Shown here piece after piece: positions 10,595 through 22,362 of a stretch of 37,480 nucleotides of DNA (position 1 is its first letter; each line of letters starts with the position of its first letter). The stretch comes from Macrostomum lignano (taxonomy: Eukaryota). The translations under genes and the position numbers were made by a program. The stretch covers positions 1-37,480 of the forward strand of contig NIVC01004704.1 of NCBI GenBank assembly GCA_002269645.1, in the 5' to 3' direction. The notes beneath the pieces were generated by a model. It was not told where the DNA came from, did not search any database, and worked only from the letters and a program-made list of their open reading frames with translations.

Positions 10595-12136
10595 TCTTTC
10601 CTTTAAAAATCGATAAAGTATGCTGATTGCACTGTATTTTGATAGCGCCAGCTACAGATGAGCAATCACAGCTATGTGAACTTTTGCATTGCAGTTTTGC
10701 ATTGTTTAGTGTTGTTCTACTGGTTTTTAGGTTTGCAAACTTTTGTGTCTCAAATCTATTTCTTGACCAATTTCTGCATTGTAAATATATTTATTTGCAA
10801 CCATGTTGTTAACTATAAGGCGTCGAGTCGAAACTGACTGAAGCTCCATCGTCATTTTACTTTACCGTTCCCACCCCCCCCCCCTACAAGTAATTCTTGT
10901 ACTCCACTCCGATATGAATATGATTCCTTGTTCGGAAATTCTGTTGGCTTTCTTGTGTTGTATTGTATAGCAGCCACAAAATATGTAGAATTATAAATAA
11001 GGTATAAAAATAGGATATGTCTATTTTGTTTATCTTTTTAGTGCGTTAAATCAACGTTGTGGCCTCTAGTTACTTTTTAGTAGGCGATTATAGCTGTATC
11101 TGCAATAATAGCAGAATTGGTCAAACTGGTTTTCCTTTTTTACTAGAAAGTTTTTTTCCTCCGTGAGTTTTGCCGGCGCTTTCTGTTGCATTATCTTACT
11201 TATAGTACGAGTTAACAGTTTTTTACTATTGCAAAAACTATTTAACTATTCGATGCGACACGCCGCGCTTTGTTGTATGCAAGGACGATAATATTATGTA
11301 CTACAAAATACATGTATCAGAAAGGAATGGCACAATCTTGATCGCTTTTCCATTTAACTAATATAACATTGTCACTTAAAATACGGAATGAACCTGTCGT
11401 ATCGCATTTGGCTTCAAGGGCAAGGGCGAATTTGCTACCGCAAATTCTAGCATTTCAGTTTCGCTAGTCATGAGTACCACCAACTCTGTTCCTCGAACTT
11501 TAATTTGATGTATCCATCAGCTGGATTTATTCACTAATTTACTGTCTTGTGGGACTTTTCGACCAACTGAATTAAAAGGATTCCCTATGTAAGACTTCAC
11601 CGTCTTCACGTGTACTTGACAGGGTCACATGTACAGTGCACGTGACAGCCCACATTAACTACCTTCGACTGATAAGTTCAAGGAAAAATTTAAATGTTCG
11701 GCCGTTCATTGGGTCATTTATACATTTTCTTTTCTATGTAATCCGCTCAAAAGGGGTGTTTAATTTAGTAATTTACGCACATACGCTAATAATACTCGTA
11801 ATGGTATGAAACGAACTACTTTTTAGGCTGTAAAATATATATTTACATGTACTTTTTAGACTGAAAATTTCCCCACAATAGATTTAAATTGCAAAATAAA
11901 GGTTAGTGTTTAGATTATTTGTTAATTTTATTGAGCGGCTTCTTATAAAATTTAAATGTAAAAACAGCAGATATATATATATCATCGATAACATCTTTAC
12001 TGTTAGTGCTGCTTAAACGTTGAACCCTATAATAAACGTTCTAAACGTTAAATCCTCTGAAGAGACATCAATTAATTCAGTTTTGCCTCTGTGTTAATAT
12101 CCTAGAAATTTATAAAGTAAATTTTAGGCATTCTCA

Positions 12137-12302
12137 ATGGCTGGGAAGGTTGTTAAGCAGTTAGCTGGCAGTGGTAGCGGGCAAAGCCTTATGGATCGGG
12201 TTACTGCTGCAAAACACTCTCTTGCTGGATCAGGACTTGCAAAAGCCGTTTGCAAAGCAACCACAGAAGAAATCACGGCCCCAAAGAAGAAACACTTACA
12301 GT
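12137..12302 (+). CDS. PICALM: PICALM/AP180 exon 1 (ANTH domain start)
   Basis: [41 protein letters not shown] matches the PICALM/SNAP91 N-terminus. Phase-1 donor T|GTAAGT at 12303. Confidence 0.95.
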
Positions 12303-12667
12303 GTAAGTTGTTTGTCTTTGACATGTAGATGGTTAGGCCTATCATTTTATTTCTTTATTATGAGGCTTATTAAGCTTTCTTAATTCTACTGCCTTGCTGA
12401 GGCTGGCTCCCTAGCCCAAAGTGTATTTCATAGTAGTCATGCACTACTTTATTCATATTTTAATTATTTTTTACTTCTGGTTCCATACGTATTATATATA
12501 TGTAAGTTAAAAGATTAGGTGTTAGGCCTAGACTTTGCACTATATATGATAATTGACTATTGATATTAACAATACTCTGTCTATTATTTTAAATGAATAC
12601 AAACACAAAGTCCTAAATATTAGACTTATTGATTTTTTAACTAGGCTTAACTACTTTTCTTTTGATA

Positions 12668-13453
12668 GGCTCATTCCATATAAGATGGACATATTTGGAA
12701 AATAGAAAAAAGTCAATATTTTTGCTTGCCATTGCCTAATTAGCCTATTTTTTTACCAAATGTTTATATTGTGCAATATATACAATCTAAGAATAAAGGA
12801 ATGGTAAAATGTTGGATTAGTATGTTATCAATTGGCAAAAAGTCATTTTTGTAAAAATTTGGACATTTTTCGAAGCAAAAGACATCATTAAGATTTTGTA
12901 CCTTTTAAAAACAAATAGAAAGCTTTTGAAGGTTGAAACAAACTATAGATAAAAGTATAGTACTTGCATCATCAGATAAAAGCATTGGTGACCAAATAAT
13001 CTATTATATTTTTAATGTATTAGTACCTCAAAGTTACTGAATTGACAGAAAAAAATATGTTACGACCATAATGTTACGACCATAAGGCTGCCTTTTCTTT
13101 TGTATCTTTGTTGCCTTTTGAGTTTATATATTCTAATAAAAGAGTATGATTTCTAAAGATGTTCTTAGTCAAATTTTAAAAATGTATTGCAAAATATCAA
13201 AAATGAAAAATGTTATAAGACTTTTACCTTTTAGTTTCTATATGTCAAAAATCCTGTCGTTACGACCATAAGTGTCATTTAAGGTTTAATAGCATCTATA
13301 CTAATGATGATATCTATATGAAACTCTATAAATATATTCTAGACAAAATAATCTTTCATTTAAAATATTGGTTTAGTATATTCTATTATTAGATTTTATT
13401 TTATTAGTAAAAATAACCTGTCATGTTACGACCATGCTTATATGGAATGAGCC
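12668..13453. mobile_element. Non-autonomous MITE-like element, 786 bp, unclassified
   Basis: Perfect 17-bp TIR GGCTCATTCCATATAAG (12668-12684 and 13437-13453), GATA immediately flanking both ends, four internal copies of GTTACGACCAT, AT-rich and non-coding. Confidence 0.7.
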
Positions 13454-13687
13454 GATATATATATTTTTAAAAGGTTAATGTTTTTATTAGGCTTATATAT
13501 AATTATTAGCAGTGCTTATCCCCAAGGTACCATAGGAATAATTTGTCTTATTCCTACAGTACTGTGGGCTGTAGTTTAGATTGTGTATACGGGGTCTAGT
13601 AGGGGAAAAAATACAGGACCTTATTTGTATGCCAGGACTAAAACGTTTTCATTTTGCTCCATTTCAAATAAATTCATTATTTATTAT

Positions 13688-14892
13688 GGCTATCCTGCAT
13701 TTTCGTTCGTTAAATTATTTTTTCACGTGGAATTAATTTTACATGATCTCACAAGTTCAGCACAGGCAATAAAAAATATTATGGGACATACAGAACACCC
13801 GAAAAGTTTAAGAAAGTTTGTTATAGTCAAGTCAGTTTAAACATTAGTCTCCGGATTACAGTGGGTAGTAATGGGTCACCCAGTACAGAAAGTTGCCGAA
13901 ATGATGCTCATTTGGGTAGAGCCGGCGCCACAGGAACTCCTGCAGGTGCAACTTGAAGAGCCCATTGCTGGTACCGTGCCCCTGATGCAGCTTGGCCTTG
14001 CAGTGCGCCCAGCTGCCCTCGATTGTGTTGGTGTGCACTGTCGGGTCCTGTGGGTCCACGAAATTGAGTCGATGGTTGACACTCGCATGGTTGAAGCCCA
14101 TGGCAGCAAGGCCATTGTACGACTGCCATCCATCAGTGATGACTCGGGAACTGGGCAAGATGTACTGCTGCAGAATAGGCAGCAGTGTTTCGGCACGTCG
14201 ATTCTCAACCACCACCATCATGCATTTGTTACTGCCACGCTCTACCATTCCAAGCACCCAGTGGCCCTCACGATAGTTGCCGACATGGTACTTGCGGTGG
14301 AAGAATTTGCTCTTGTCCACCTCCACTTCAATGTTCGGGCCACCAAGCTGCATTGGGTGGTCAATGAGTACCTGGGCACACGCATCGCAGCAGAAGTTGG
14401 CCCAGTCGACACTGGTATGCGGCTGCTGGATGTCACACTGCAGCATGATGTCCTTCAGTGGTGTCTTCAGTGCCCACCAGTACACAAAGTCCACTAGTTG
14501 GTTAAGCGCTAGGTGGCTTCTCTCGAAAAAGAAGCCCTTCCTTATGGACTCCTGGCCGTGACACTCCTTGCAAGCCCAAGCCCAGCCATCCACATACCGG
14601 TCACCCTGACGATGCTGAAGGCGCATTTGAGGTGCAGCAGGGCAATGGCACCGACGCTCGTTTGACAGCAGCCAGTATTTGGCCAGCCAGCGCATCAGAG
14701 ACGGTGTGTCAGTGGTCAAAAGAGCCAAGTCCCACATCCTTATGAGCGGCAGGTCGCATAGTTCCGCAGTAGGCCTTATCTCAGCTGGTGGGATGATAGT
14801 AGTGGGAGCAGCTAGATGACCCGCCATGTGGATGTGCAGTGTGGCTGAAAAAAATGAAAAAATAATTTAACGAACGAAAATGCAGGATAGCC
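13688..14892 (-). mobile_element. Full-length Merlin (IS1595/ISXO2-like) DNA transposon, 1205 bp, in PICALM intron 1
   Basis: Perfect 38-bp TIRs GGCTATCCTGCATTTTCGTTCGTTAAATTATTTTTTCA (13688-13725 and 14855-14892), perfect 8-bp TSD TTTATTAT (13680-13687 and 14893-14900), GG termini, and an internal transposase ORF. Confidence 0.93.
13856..14827 (-). CDS. Merlin/ISXO2-like DDE transposase, 323 aa
   Basis: N-terminal CxC...CxxC zinc ribbon, then VEVD(K)SKF.RKY..G....G.WVLG.VER, ITDGWQSY, H..VNH...FVDP...HTNTIEGSW, and LQEFLWRR. The ORF is uninterrupted. Confidence 0.92.
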   Translation of the reverse strand: MAGHLAAPTTIIPPAEIRPTAELCDLPLIRMWDLALLTTDTPSLMRWLAKYWLLSNERRCHCPAAPQMRLQHRQGDRYVDGWAWACKECHGQESIRKGFFFERSHLALNQLVDFVYWWALKTPLKDIMLQCDIQQPHTSVDWANFCCDACAQVLIDHPMQLGGPNIEVEVDKSKFFHRKYHVGNYREGHWVLGMVERGSNKCMMVVVENRRAETLLPILQQYILPSSRVITDGWQSYNGLAAMGFNHASVNHRLNFVDPQDPTVHTNTIEGSWAHCKAKLHQGHGTSNGLFKLHLQEFLWRRLYPNEHHFGNFLYWVTHYYPL

Positions 14893-17097
14893 TTTATTAT
14901 TCACAGCAATTTGAGCAACAAACTTAAAAATGATGCACTTTTGCAATGTTCACTGAGAAAAAAAAACAATAATAAAAGAAATACTTTCACTACTTTTTAT
15001 TTACAAAAAGTTCATAAAATAAGTTTTTAAGGCACAAAGTTTGAGCTTTTTTTATTCTAGTTGTTTTGGTATTGGCAGTATTGTATATAGTGTATCTTAT
15101 GTATAAAAGTCACTTTATTTAAGCCAAAAATTTTCTACTTTGTCATGTATATTAGATATATGCTGATGTATGCTAAAAATGGCAAGTAGTGTTGTATATT
15201 GATAAATCCTAGTGTACATATTGCCTTCCAAACTGTGGACCATGTGAATAATTTTCTGCTTATCCATATAGTATACTGGCAAGATAGCCACCTATGTTCT
15301 ATATGTCTATTATTTTTTTACTTCTATAAAACAAATATTCAAGGGAAGTTATGTTTTTATACTGCAATTAAACTGTAAATAACAAAATATAAATTACTTT
15401 TATGGTATCTGTAAGAAAAAAAGCTAGACTTATTTTGTCATTGTGCCATGCAGATAAAACATTAATTATTCCTTATGGTATCTTTAGGAACATAATATAG
15501 CTATATTGTCAGTGTGCTATGTAGGTAAGACAAATTATTCCCATGGTACTATAGGAATGACAGAAATTATTCTTATTGTACTATATGTATAAACACTGCC
15601 TTTATTAATATTAGTAAAACAATACAAAATCTTAATTTTAAGGTTAGACTAAGCAATCTTAGTTTGAAGAATAAGTTTTTTAATACTATATTAGAATATG
15701 ATCATGAGGCATGATAAAAAGATAAATGAAAGAAGGGAAACATAATAGAGACAATAGGAAACTTAGAGAAGAATTAGCTTTTTAAGCCAAGACCATAAAA
15801 GGACAAAGGGTAATCCATAATCAGGAAAATAATATATATTATATCATTTGCTAGAATAATTTTTTGGGGGACAATGAATATACATTTTCTGCAAGTTTTT
15901 ATATGATCTATATGTAATCTATTATATATATAACACCTAGCCAACCCAGCCAATATAAGTCACAAAAATGCCCATCTAAAAGAATACATAAATAGTACTA
16001 ATTAGATGATAAGGCATTTAGCTTTATAAGATAGTTATTCTTGCTATTTATCCAAAATTGCAATAATTTTTTCTTTAATGTTTCTTTAATAGGTAAGTCA
16101 TATTTTTGTTAAAAAGTAAGTCCCTTGGCCAGTGTAAATCAGGGGGGTTGCACATTTATGAGTTAGATTAACAAAGAATTATGCATTTTATTCTAATTGT
16201 GCTAAAAAAATTATACATTGAATGCATCAAGCACCTAATCTTAAATAAAAATCTATATTTGAAACCTTTCAAATTAGTTCAATTTATTCTACATTTGCTT
16301 AAAGTAAATTTAGTAAAAAGAATTAAGTTATATATTAATATATCATAGGATCATTATATTTTCCCTATGCTTAATAGCGTACGCCTAATAATGATTGTTT
16401 TAGATTATATATTTATTGTATAACTACTAGAATGTATGATATGTATAATTTTATTATATTAATCTGAAAAATTAGGTTTTTAGTTGGATCAAATATCCAA
16501 TATACCTCTAAATCTATGTTTATAATGTTTTTATATCATTGACAGCTTTTCTTTCTATCTTCTCATTTATTTTCTTTTCTTCCCACATTGTACAAAGCTA
16601 TGTTAGCATTATTTTCTACTAAATATCTGCTTTTAAAAATACCCCATAGTTGCTTGGCTGCAATATAACATCTATAATGCCTTAGAGCCCTGCTTTTATG
16701 ACAATGTCTCCTATAAGACATAAGAACATCAACTGAGTTAATTGTCTTGAAGAATAATGGTGTGTTCTTTTTGCATTTCCCCAATGGTAAATAGTAATAT
16801 CACCTTAGTGCAAGTTGGACAGGATCATACAAGCAAATTTTTGGATTAAGCAGGATTGGGATTGGAATTCCATTTTACCTCTGTGCTTTGGCAGTTTTGT
16901 GCCACCTAAAGCCTTATAATAGCCTATAATTAATAACCAACACTAGTAAATACATTTATTTTCAATCATTTGTATACTTTAAACAAATATATTTACTTAT
17001 AGGAGACAGAGGCATGCCTCATAAGATTTATGCAAGTTACACAAACAATGGCAAATCAGCCAAATCTTAAACTTATCTTTGTACAAATTTCGACCAG

Positions 17098-17408
17098 ACC
17101 TAATCGAGTGCACTAATGAGAGCAACGTCAGCATCCCGGAGCTCGCCAACGAGCTGCTGGATCGTCTGAAGCATCCCAACTGGGTTGTAGTATTCAAATC
17201 GTTGATTACTCTGCACAATTTAATGAACCACGGCAACGAGAGATTCGCCCAGTACCTGGCCTCCAATAACTGCGCCATATCATCACCGAACTACTCGGAC
17301 CGGACCACGCCTCAGGCTGCCGAGATGTCGAGATTTATTGTCCGCTACAGCGCCTACATCCAGGAGAAGGCCACCGCCTACCGCCTGATGGCGTTCGACT
17401 TTTGCAAG
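17098..17408 (+). CDS. PICALM: PICALM exon 2 (YLIECTNE...NWVVVFKSLITLHNLMNHGNERF...AFDFCK)
   Basis: Core ANTH motifs. The CAG acceptor completes T+AC=Tyr; donor AAG|GT at 17409. Confidence 0.95.
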
Positions 17409-17489
17409 GTTTGCTCTCTAAAGGCTGAGTGGGTTTAAATTTGTGTTTGGGTTCGCAGTAAAAAATCTGTCTAGGCTGCAGAGCTTGGG

Positions 17490-18535
17490 CATCTGCCTGA
17501 ATTAGCTACAGGTCTACCTACCGATCTACCTTAATTAGCCACAGATCTGCCTACCGATCTACCTGAATTAGCCACAGATCTGCCTATCGATCTACCTTAA
17601 TTAGCCACAGATCTGCCTACCGATCTACCTGAATTAGCCACAGATCTGCCTACCGATCTACCTGAATTAGCCACAGATCTGCCTACCGATCTACCTGAAT
17701 TAGCCACAGATCTGCCTACCGATCTATCTGAATTAGCCACAGATCTGCCTACCGATCTACCTGAATTAGCCACAGATCTGCCTACCGATCTACCTGAATT
17801 AGCCACAGATCTGCCTACCGATCTACCTGAATTAGCCACAGATCTGCCTACCGATCTACCTGAATTAGCCACAGATCTGCCTACCGATCTACCTGAATTA
17901 GCCACAGATCTGCCTACCGATCTACCTGAATTAGCTACTAATCTACCTTAATTAGCTACTAATCTGCCTGAATTAGCTACAGATCTACCTGAATTAGCTA
18001 CAGATCTACCTGAATTAGCCACAGATCTACCTGAATTAGCTACAAACCTACTGCCGATCTACCTGGATTAGCCACAGATGTACCTACCGATCTACCTGAA
18101 TTAGCTACAAATCTATCTACCGATCTACCTGAATTAGCCACAGATCTACCTGAATTAGCTACTAATCTTCCTGAGTTAGCTACAGATCTACCTGAATTAG
18201 CTTCAGATCTACCTACCGATCTACCTTAATTAGCTACTAATCTATCTGAATTAGCTACTCATCTATCTGAATTAGCTACTAATCTACCTGAATTAGCTAC
18301 TTATCTACCTGAATTAGCTACTAATCTACCTGAATTAGCTACTAACCTACCTGAATTAGCTACTCATCTATCTGAATTAGCTACTCATCTATCTGAATTA
18401 GCTACTAATCTACCTGAATTAGCTACTAATCTACCTGAATTAGCTACTAATCTACCTGAATTAGCTACTAACCTACCTGAATTAGCTACTCATCTATCTG
18501 AATTAGCTACTAATCTACCTGAATTAGCTACAGAT
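17490..18535. repeat. Intronic minisatellite, 33-bp unit CTACCTGAATTAGCCACAGATCTGCCTACCGAT switching to 21/22-bp CTACCTGAATTAGCTACTAAT
   Basis: Fills PICALM intron 2. Confidence 0.95.
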
Positions 18536-18582
18536 CTACTTATAAACTAATCATGTCTACCAATTGACCCACCCTGCCGCAG

Positions 18583-19216
18583 GTGAAGCGCGGCACAGAC
18601 GACAGCCTACTCAGAACCCTGACTGTGGAGAAGAGCATCAAATCACTTGAGGTGCTCATCAATCAATTCGACTCGCTGCTAGCCTTCGAAGTCACTCCAA
18701 AGGACGTCACCAACGGAGTTATTAGCGCAGCTTGCCTCATCCTGTACCGTGACGCCACTCGCCTGTTTGTGGTATTCAATGACGGCATCATTAACCTGCT
18801 AACCAAGTTCTTCAGCACCACAAGCAAGAAGCAGTGTCGAGAGGCTTTGGAAATCTACAAGAAATTTCTTGTGCGCAGTGATCTGCTCAACGAATTCAAC
18901 AAAGTGGCCGAATGCGTCGGCGTTGACAAATCGGACATTACCAGACTGCAGAAGCACCCGGTGTCTTTCCTGGACGCTATGGAGACCCACCTGGCCCAGC
19001 TGGAGGGTCGCACCTATGAGCCGCCGCCCCGCGAGCCGGAGCCGCCAGTCCAGGAGGCCCCGCCGGCCGCCGCTGCCGCCTCCAGGCAGCCGCCCGCTAG
19101 GCCGGCCTCGTCGCCTGCTGACGGGCCGCCCGCCGGGCCGCCGCCGCCCCGACCTCCGGGACCGTCAAGGCCGCCGCCGCCGAAGCCGGAGCCGCCGAAA
19201 ATTGGAGCCGCTGGCG
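18583..19216 (+). CDS. PICALM: PICALM exon 3 (rest of ANTH domain plus Pro-rich linker)
   Basis: VKRG...TNGVISAA...DATRLF..FNDGIINLL..F...YKKFL matches PICALM. Donor G|GTGAGT at 19217. Confidence 0.93.
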
Positions 19217-19234
19217 GTGAGTGCCGTTGGATCC

Positions 19235-20425
19235 GGATGGGATAAGAATTGTACAGGATTGGATAAAAATTGTACAGGATTGGATAAGAATTGTACAGGA
19301 TGGGATAAGAATTGTACACGATTGGATAAGAATTGTACAGGTTGGAATAATAATTGTACAGGATTGGATAAGAATTGTACAGGATGGGATAAGAATTGTA
19401 CAGGATGGAATAATAATTGTACAGGATGAAATAATAATTGTACAGGATGGGATAAGAATTGTACAGGATGGAATAATAACTGTACAGGATGGGATAAGAA
19501 TAGTACAGGATGGGATAAGAATTGTACAGGATGGAATAATAATTGTACAGGATTGGATAAGAATTGTACAGGATGGGATAAAAATTGTACAGGATGGAAA
19601 ATTCTACAGGATGGAATAATAATTGTACAGGATGGGATAAGAATTGTACAGGATGGGATAAGAATTGTACAGGATGGGATAAGAATTGTACAGGATGGGA
19701 TAAGAATTGTACAGGATGGGATAAGAATTGTACAGGATGGAATAATAATTGTACAGGATGGGATAAGAATTGTACAGGATGGGATAAGAATTGTACAGGA
19801 TGGGATAAGAATTGTACAGGATGGGATAAGAATTGTACAGGATTGGATAAGAATTGTACAGGATTGGATAAGAATAGTACAGGATGGGATAAGAATTTTA
19901 CAGGATGGGATAAGAATTGTACAGGATGGGATAAGAATTGTACAGGATGGGATAAGAATTGTACAGGATTGGATAAGAATTGTACAGGATGGGATAAGAA
20001 TTGTACAGGATGGAATAATAATTGTACAGGATGGGATAAGAATTGTACAGGATGGGATAAGAATTGTACAGGATGGGATAAGAATTTTACAGAATGGGAT
20101 AAGAATTGTACAGGATGGGATAAGAATTGTACAGGATGGGATAAGAATTGTACAGGATTGGATAAGAATTGTACAGGATGGGATAAGAATAGTACAGGAT
20201 GGGATAAGAATTGTACAGGATGGGATAAGAATTGTACAGGATGGGATAAGAATTGTACATGATGGGATAAGAATTGTACATGATGGGATAAGAAGCACAC
20301 AAGCGGGATAAGATGGGATAAGAGCAGGCACACAAGAGCAGGCACACAAGAGCAGGCACACAAGATGGGATAAGAGCAGGCACACAAGAGCAGGCACACA
20401 AGATGGGATAAGAGCAGGCACACAA
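19235..20425. repeat. Intronic minisatellite, 21-bp unit GGATGGGATAAGAATTGTACA (about 50 copies), followed by a short 14-bp AGAGCAGGCACACA repeat
   Basis: Starts 18 nt after the donor at 19217. Confidence 0.95.
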
Positions 20426-20720
20426 GCGCGCGGATACGTACGGAGTCATACACACAGGCACACACTCACACAGGAGTGTACAGCGGCCCTAACTTTATTT
20501 ATCGTTAGGCAGGTACACTTCACTGTGCCTTGGGGGTTGGCCCTCAATAGCGTTAATTGCACGAGCAGAGCCAAGCCGAGATTCCAATTTAGCCCTAAAT
20601 GAACGTGACTGCACTGGGAATCGAGCCTGGGCCGCAGGCACATCAGAGCGCCGCGCCAGACCAAGGCCCACTATCACGATTCAATTAACTTCTCACTTAT
20701 TAATTTGCTGCAACTTTCAG

Positions 20721-20825
20721 GTGGTTCTCAGCAGCAGCAGCAGCAGCAGCAGTCGCCGCCTCAGTCGGAGCCAGTCGCAGAGGCCGCCGCCGCCCCCGCC
20801 GTCCAACAGCCAGCCGGAGGAAACG
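20721..20825 (+). CDS. PICALM: PICALM exon 4 (GGSQ8SPPQSEPVAEAAAAPAVQQPAGGN)
   Basis: tttCAG acceptor, G|GTCAGT donor, phase 1/1, stop-free, and GC-rich against the flanking intron. Confidence 0.75.
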
Positions 20826-21023
20826 GTCAGTGTGACGGATGGTATTAATAAACATTCCTATAATCGCATATATTTATAAGCTTTCAGTTATTTGTGGCCG
20901 TATTAGATTCCTTCTTTACTTTTTTTGTGCTTTAGATTGTCACTTTGTAGTCTACTGATAGTAAGAATAATATTGACCTGATCGGTCTCTCGCCAATATG
21001 TTGTTGACTGCCTGTTTTTGCAG

Positions 21024-21113
21024 ACATTCTTGCCGAGTTTATGGTCAGCCAGACTGCCGCTTCGAATAATGCTGCTCAGCAGCAGCAGCAGCAGAAACCA
21101 GCAGCTGCTGGGG
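21024..21113 (+). CDS. PICALM: PICALM exon 5 (DILAEFMVSQTAASNNAAQ6KPAAAG)
   Basis: tttttgCAG acceptor, G|GTAAAG donor, phase 1/1, stop-free. Confidence 0.7.
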
Positions 21114-21356
21114 GTAAAGTTAATTAAAGTATAGCAGTTCGCTGTCGGCTTGTGTTTTAGTATGCTCAAACAGGAGACCTCATTTCCGGCGTGGAGTTAC
21201 CTGTTTCCGCACCCGTTTGCTCACCTTTATTAACATATAATTTGCCCTGTTGTGCTTTTGTTTAACCCAGACCGCCATTTATCCCCTTCGCTGTCATTGC
21301 CACTGCTTCCTGTGTGTGTCCTAAGTAGTAATTAGCACAGAATACTGTGGTAATTA

Positions 21357-21917
21357 GTGTTTCATGAGTAGCTGTAGGGTGTTTCATGAGTAGCTGTGGG
21401 GTGTTTCATGAGTAGCTGTGGGGTGTTTCATGAGTAGCTGTAGGGTGTTTCATGAGTAGCTGTAGGGTGTTTCATGAGTAGCTGTGGGGTGTTTCATGAG
21501 TAGCTGTGGGGTGTTTCATGAGTAGCTGTGGGGTGTTTCATGAGTAGCTGTAGGGTGTTTTATAAATAGCTGTAGGGTGTTTTATGAGTAGCTGTGGGGT
21601 GTTTCATGAGTAGCTGTGGGGTGTTTCATGAGTAGCTGTAGGGTGTTTTATAAGTAGCTGTAGGGTGTTTTATAAGTAGATGTAGGGTGTTTCATGAGTA
21701 GCTGTGGGGTGTTTCATGAGTAGCTGTGGGGTGTTTCATGAGTAGCTGTGGGGTGTTTCATGAGTAGCTGTGGGGTGTTTCATGAGTAGCTGTGGGGTGT
21801 TTCATGAGTAGCTGTGGGGTGTTTCATGAGTAGCTGTAGGGTGTTTCATGAGTAGCTGTGGGGTGTTTCATGAGTAGCTGTGGGGTGTTTCATGAGTAGC
21901 TGTGGGGTGTTTCATGA
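21357..21917. repeat. Intronic minisatellite, 22-bp unit GTGTTTCATGAGTAGCTGTGGG, about 25 copies
   Basis: Direct inspection. Confidence 0.95.
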
Positions 21918-22362
21918 ATCCCGGCTTGCTTTTTTGCGTTTTCTCTCTGTATTCAGCAGCAGCTCCGCTCTTAAAGGCTCGTACTTAACGAGCAGTGGAT
22001 TTGCGTCAAAATCCGATCCCGGTACCTTTGCACTCAGCCTCCTGGCCTAATTTGGCTAGCAACTCTTAGAGCTGAGTGTCAAATCGCTGTTCTGTTTTTC
22101 ATTTCATTCAGAAAGCCGAACAAGGCGGTAGTGTAAAGTTTCAGCTGGCTTTGCTTCTCATTGATCACGCGCACAGATTTTTACTTGGATTTCCGAAATC
22201 CCAATCCCTAACCCCATCGCTTTTCATCGTTCGAAGCGCTGAGATTTGAGCCCTTAAAAACTTTTGCCATTTTTCTCGTGTCGACAATCTATTGTTAATG
22301 CCAGCTCACTTTTCCGTGGCTTAAACTAATCTGTGCTGTCGTTTTTTACAGTCTCCTGCATA

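Noticed and set aside
13856-14827. Bacterial IS1595 contaminant
   Set aside because: It is integrated with a perfect TSD in a eukaryotic intron, and the motifs fit the known eukaryotic Merlin superfamily.
19014-20465. ORFs such as (GWDKNCT)n, (DGIRIVQ)n and (HPVQFLS)n
   Set aside because: A 21-bp repeat is open in many frames, and the region lies between a strong donor (19217) and acceptor (20720).
21269-21990. Possible extra PICALM micro-exons (after AG at about 21270 and 21957)
   Set aside because: No convincing donor sites or conserved motifs; exons 5 and 6 already join in phase.
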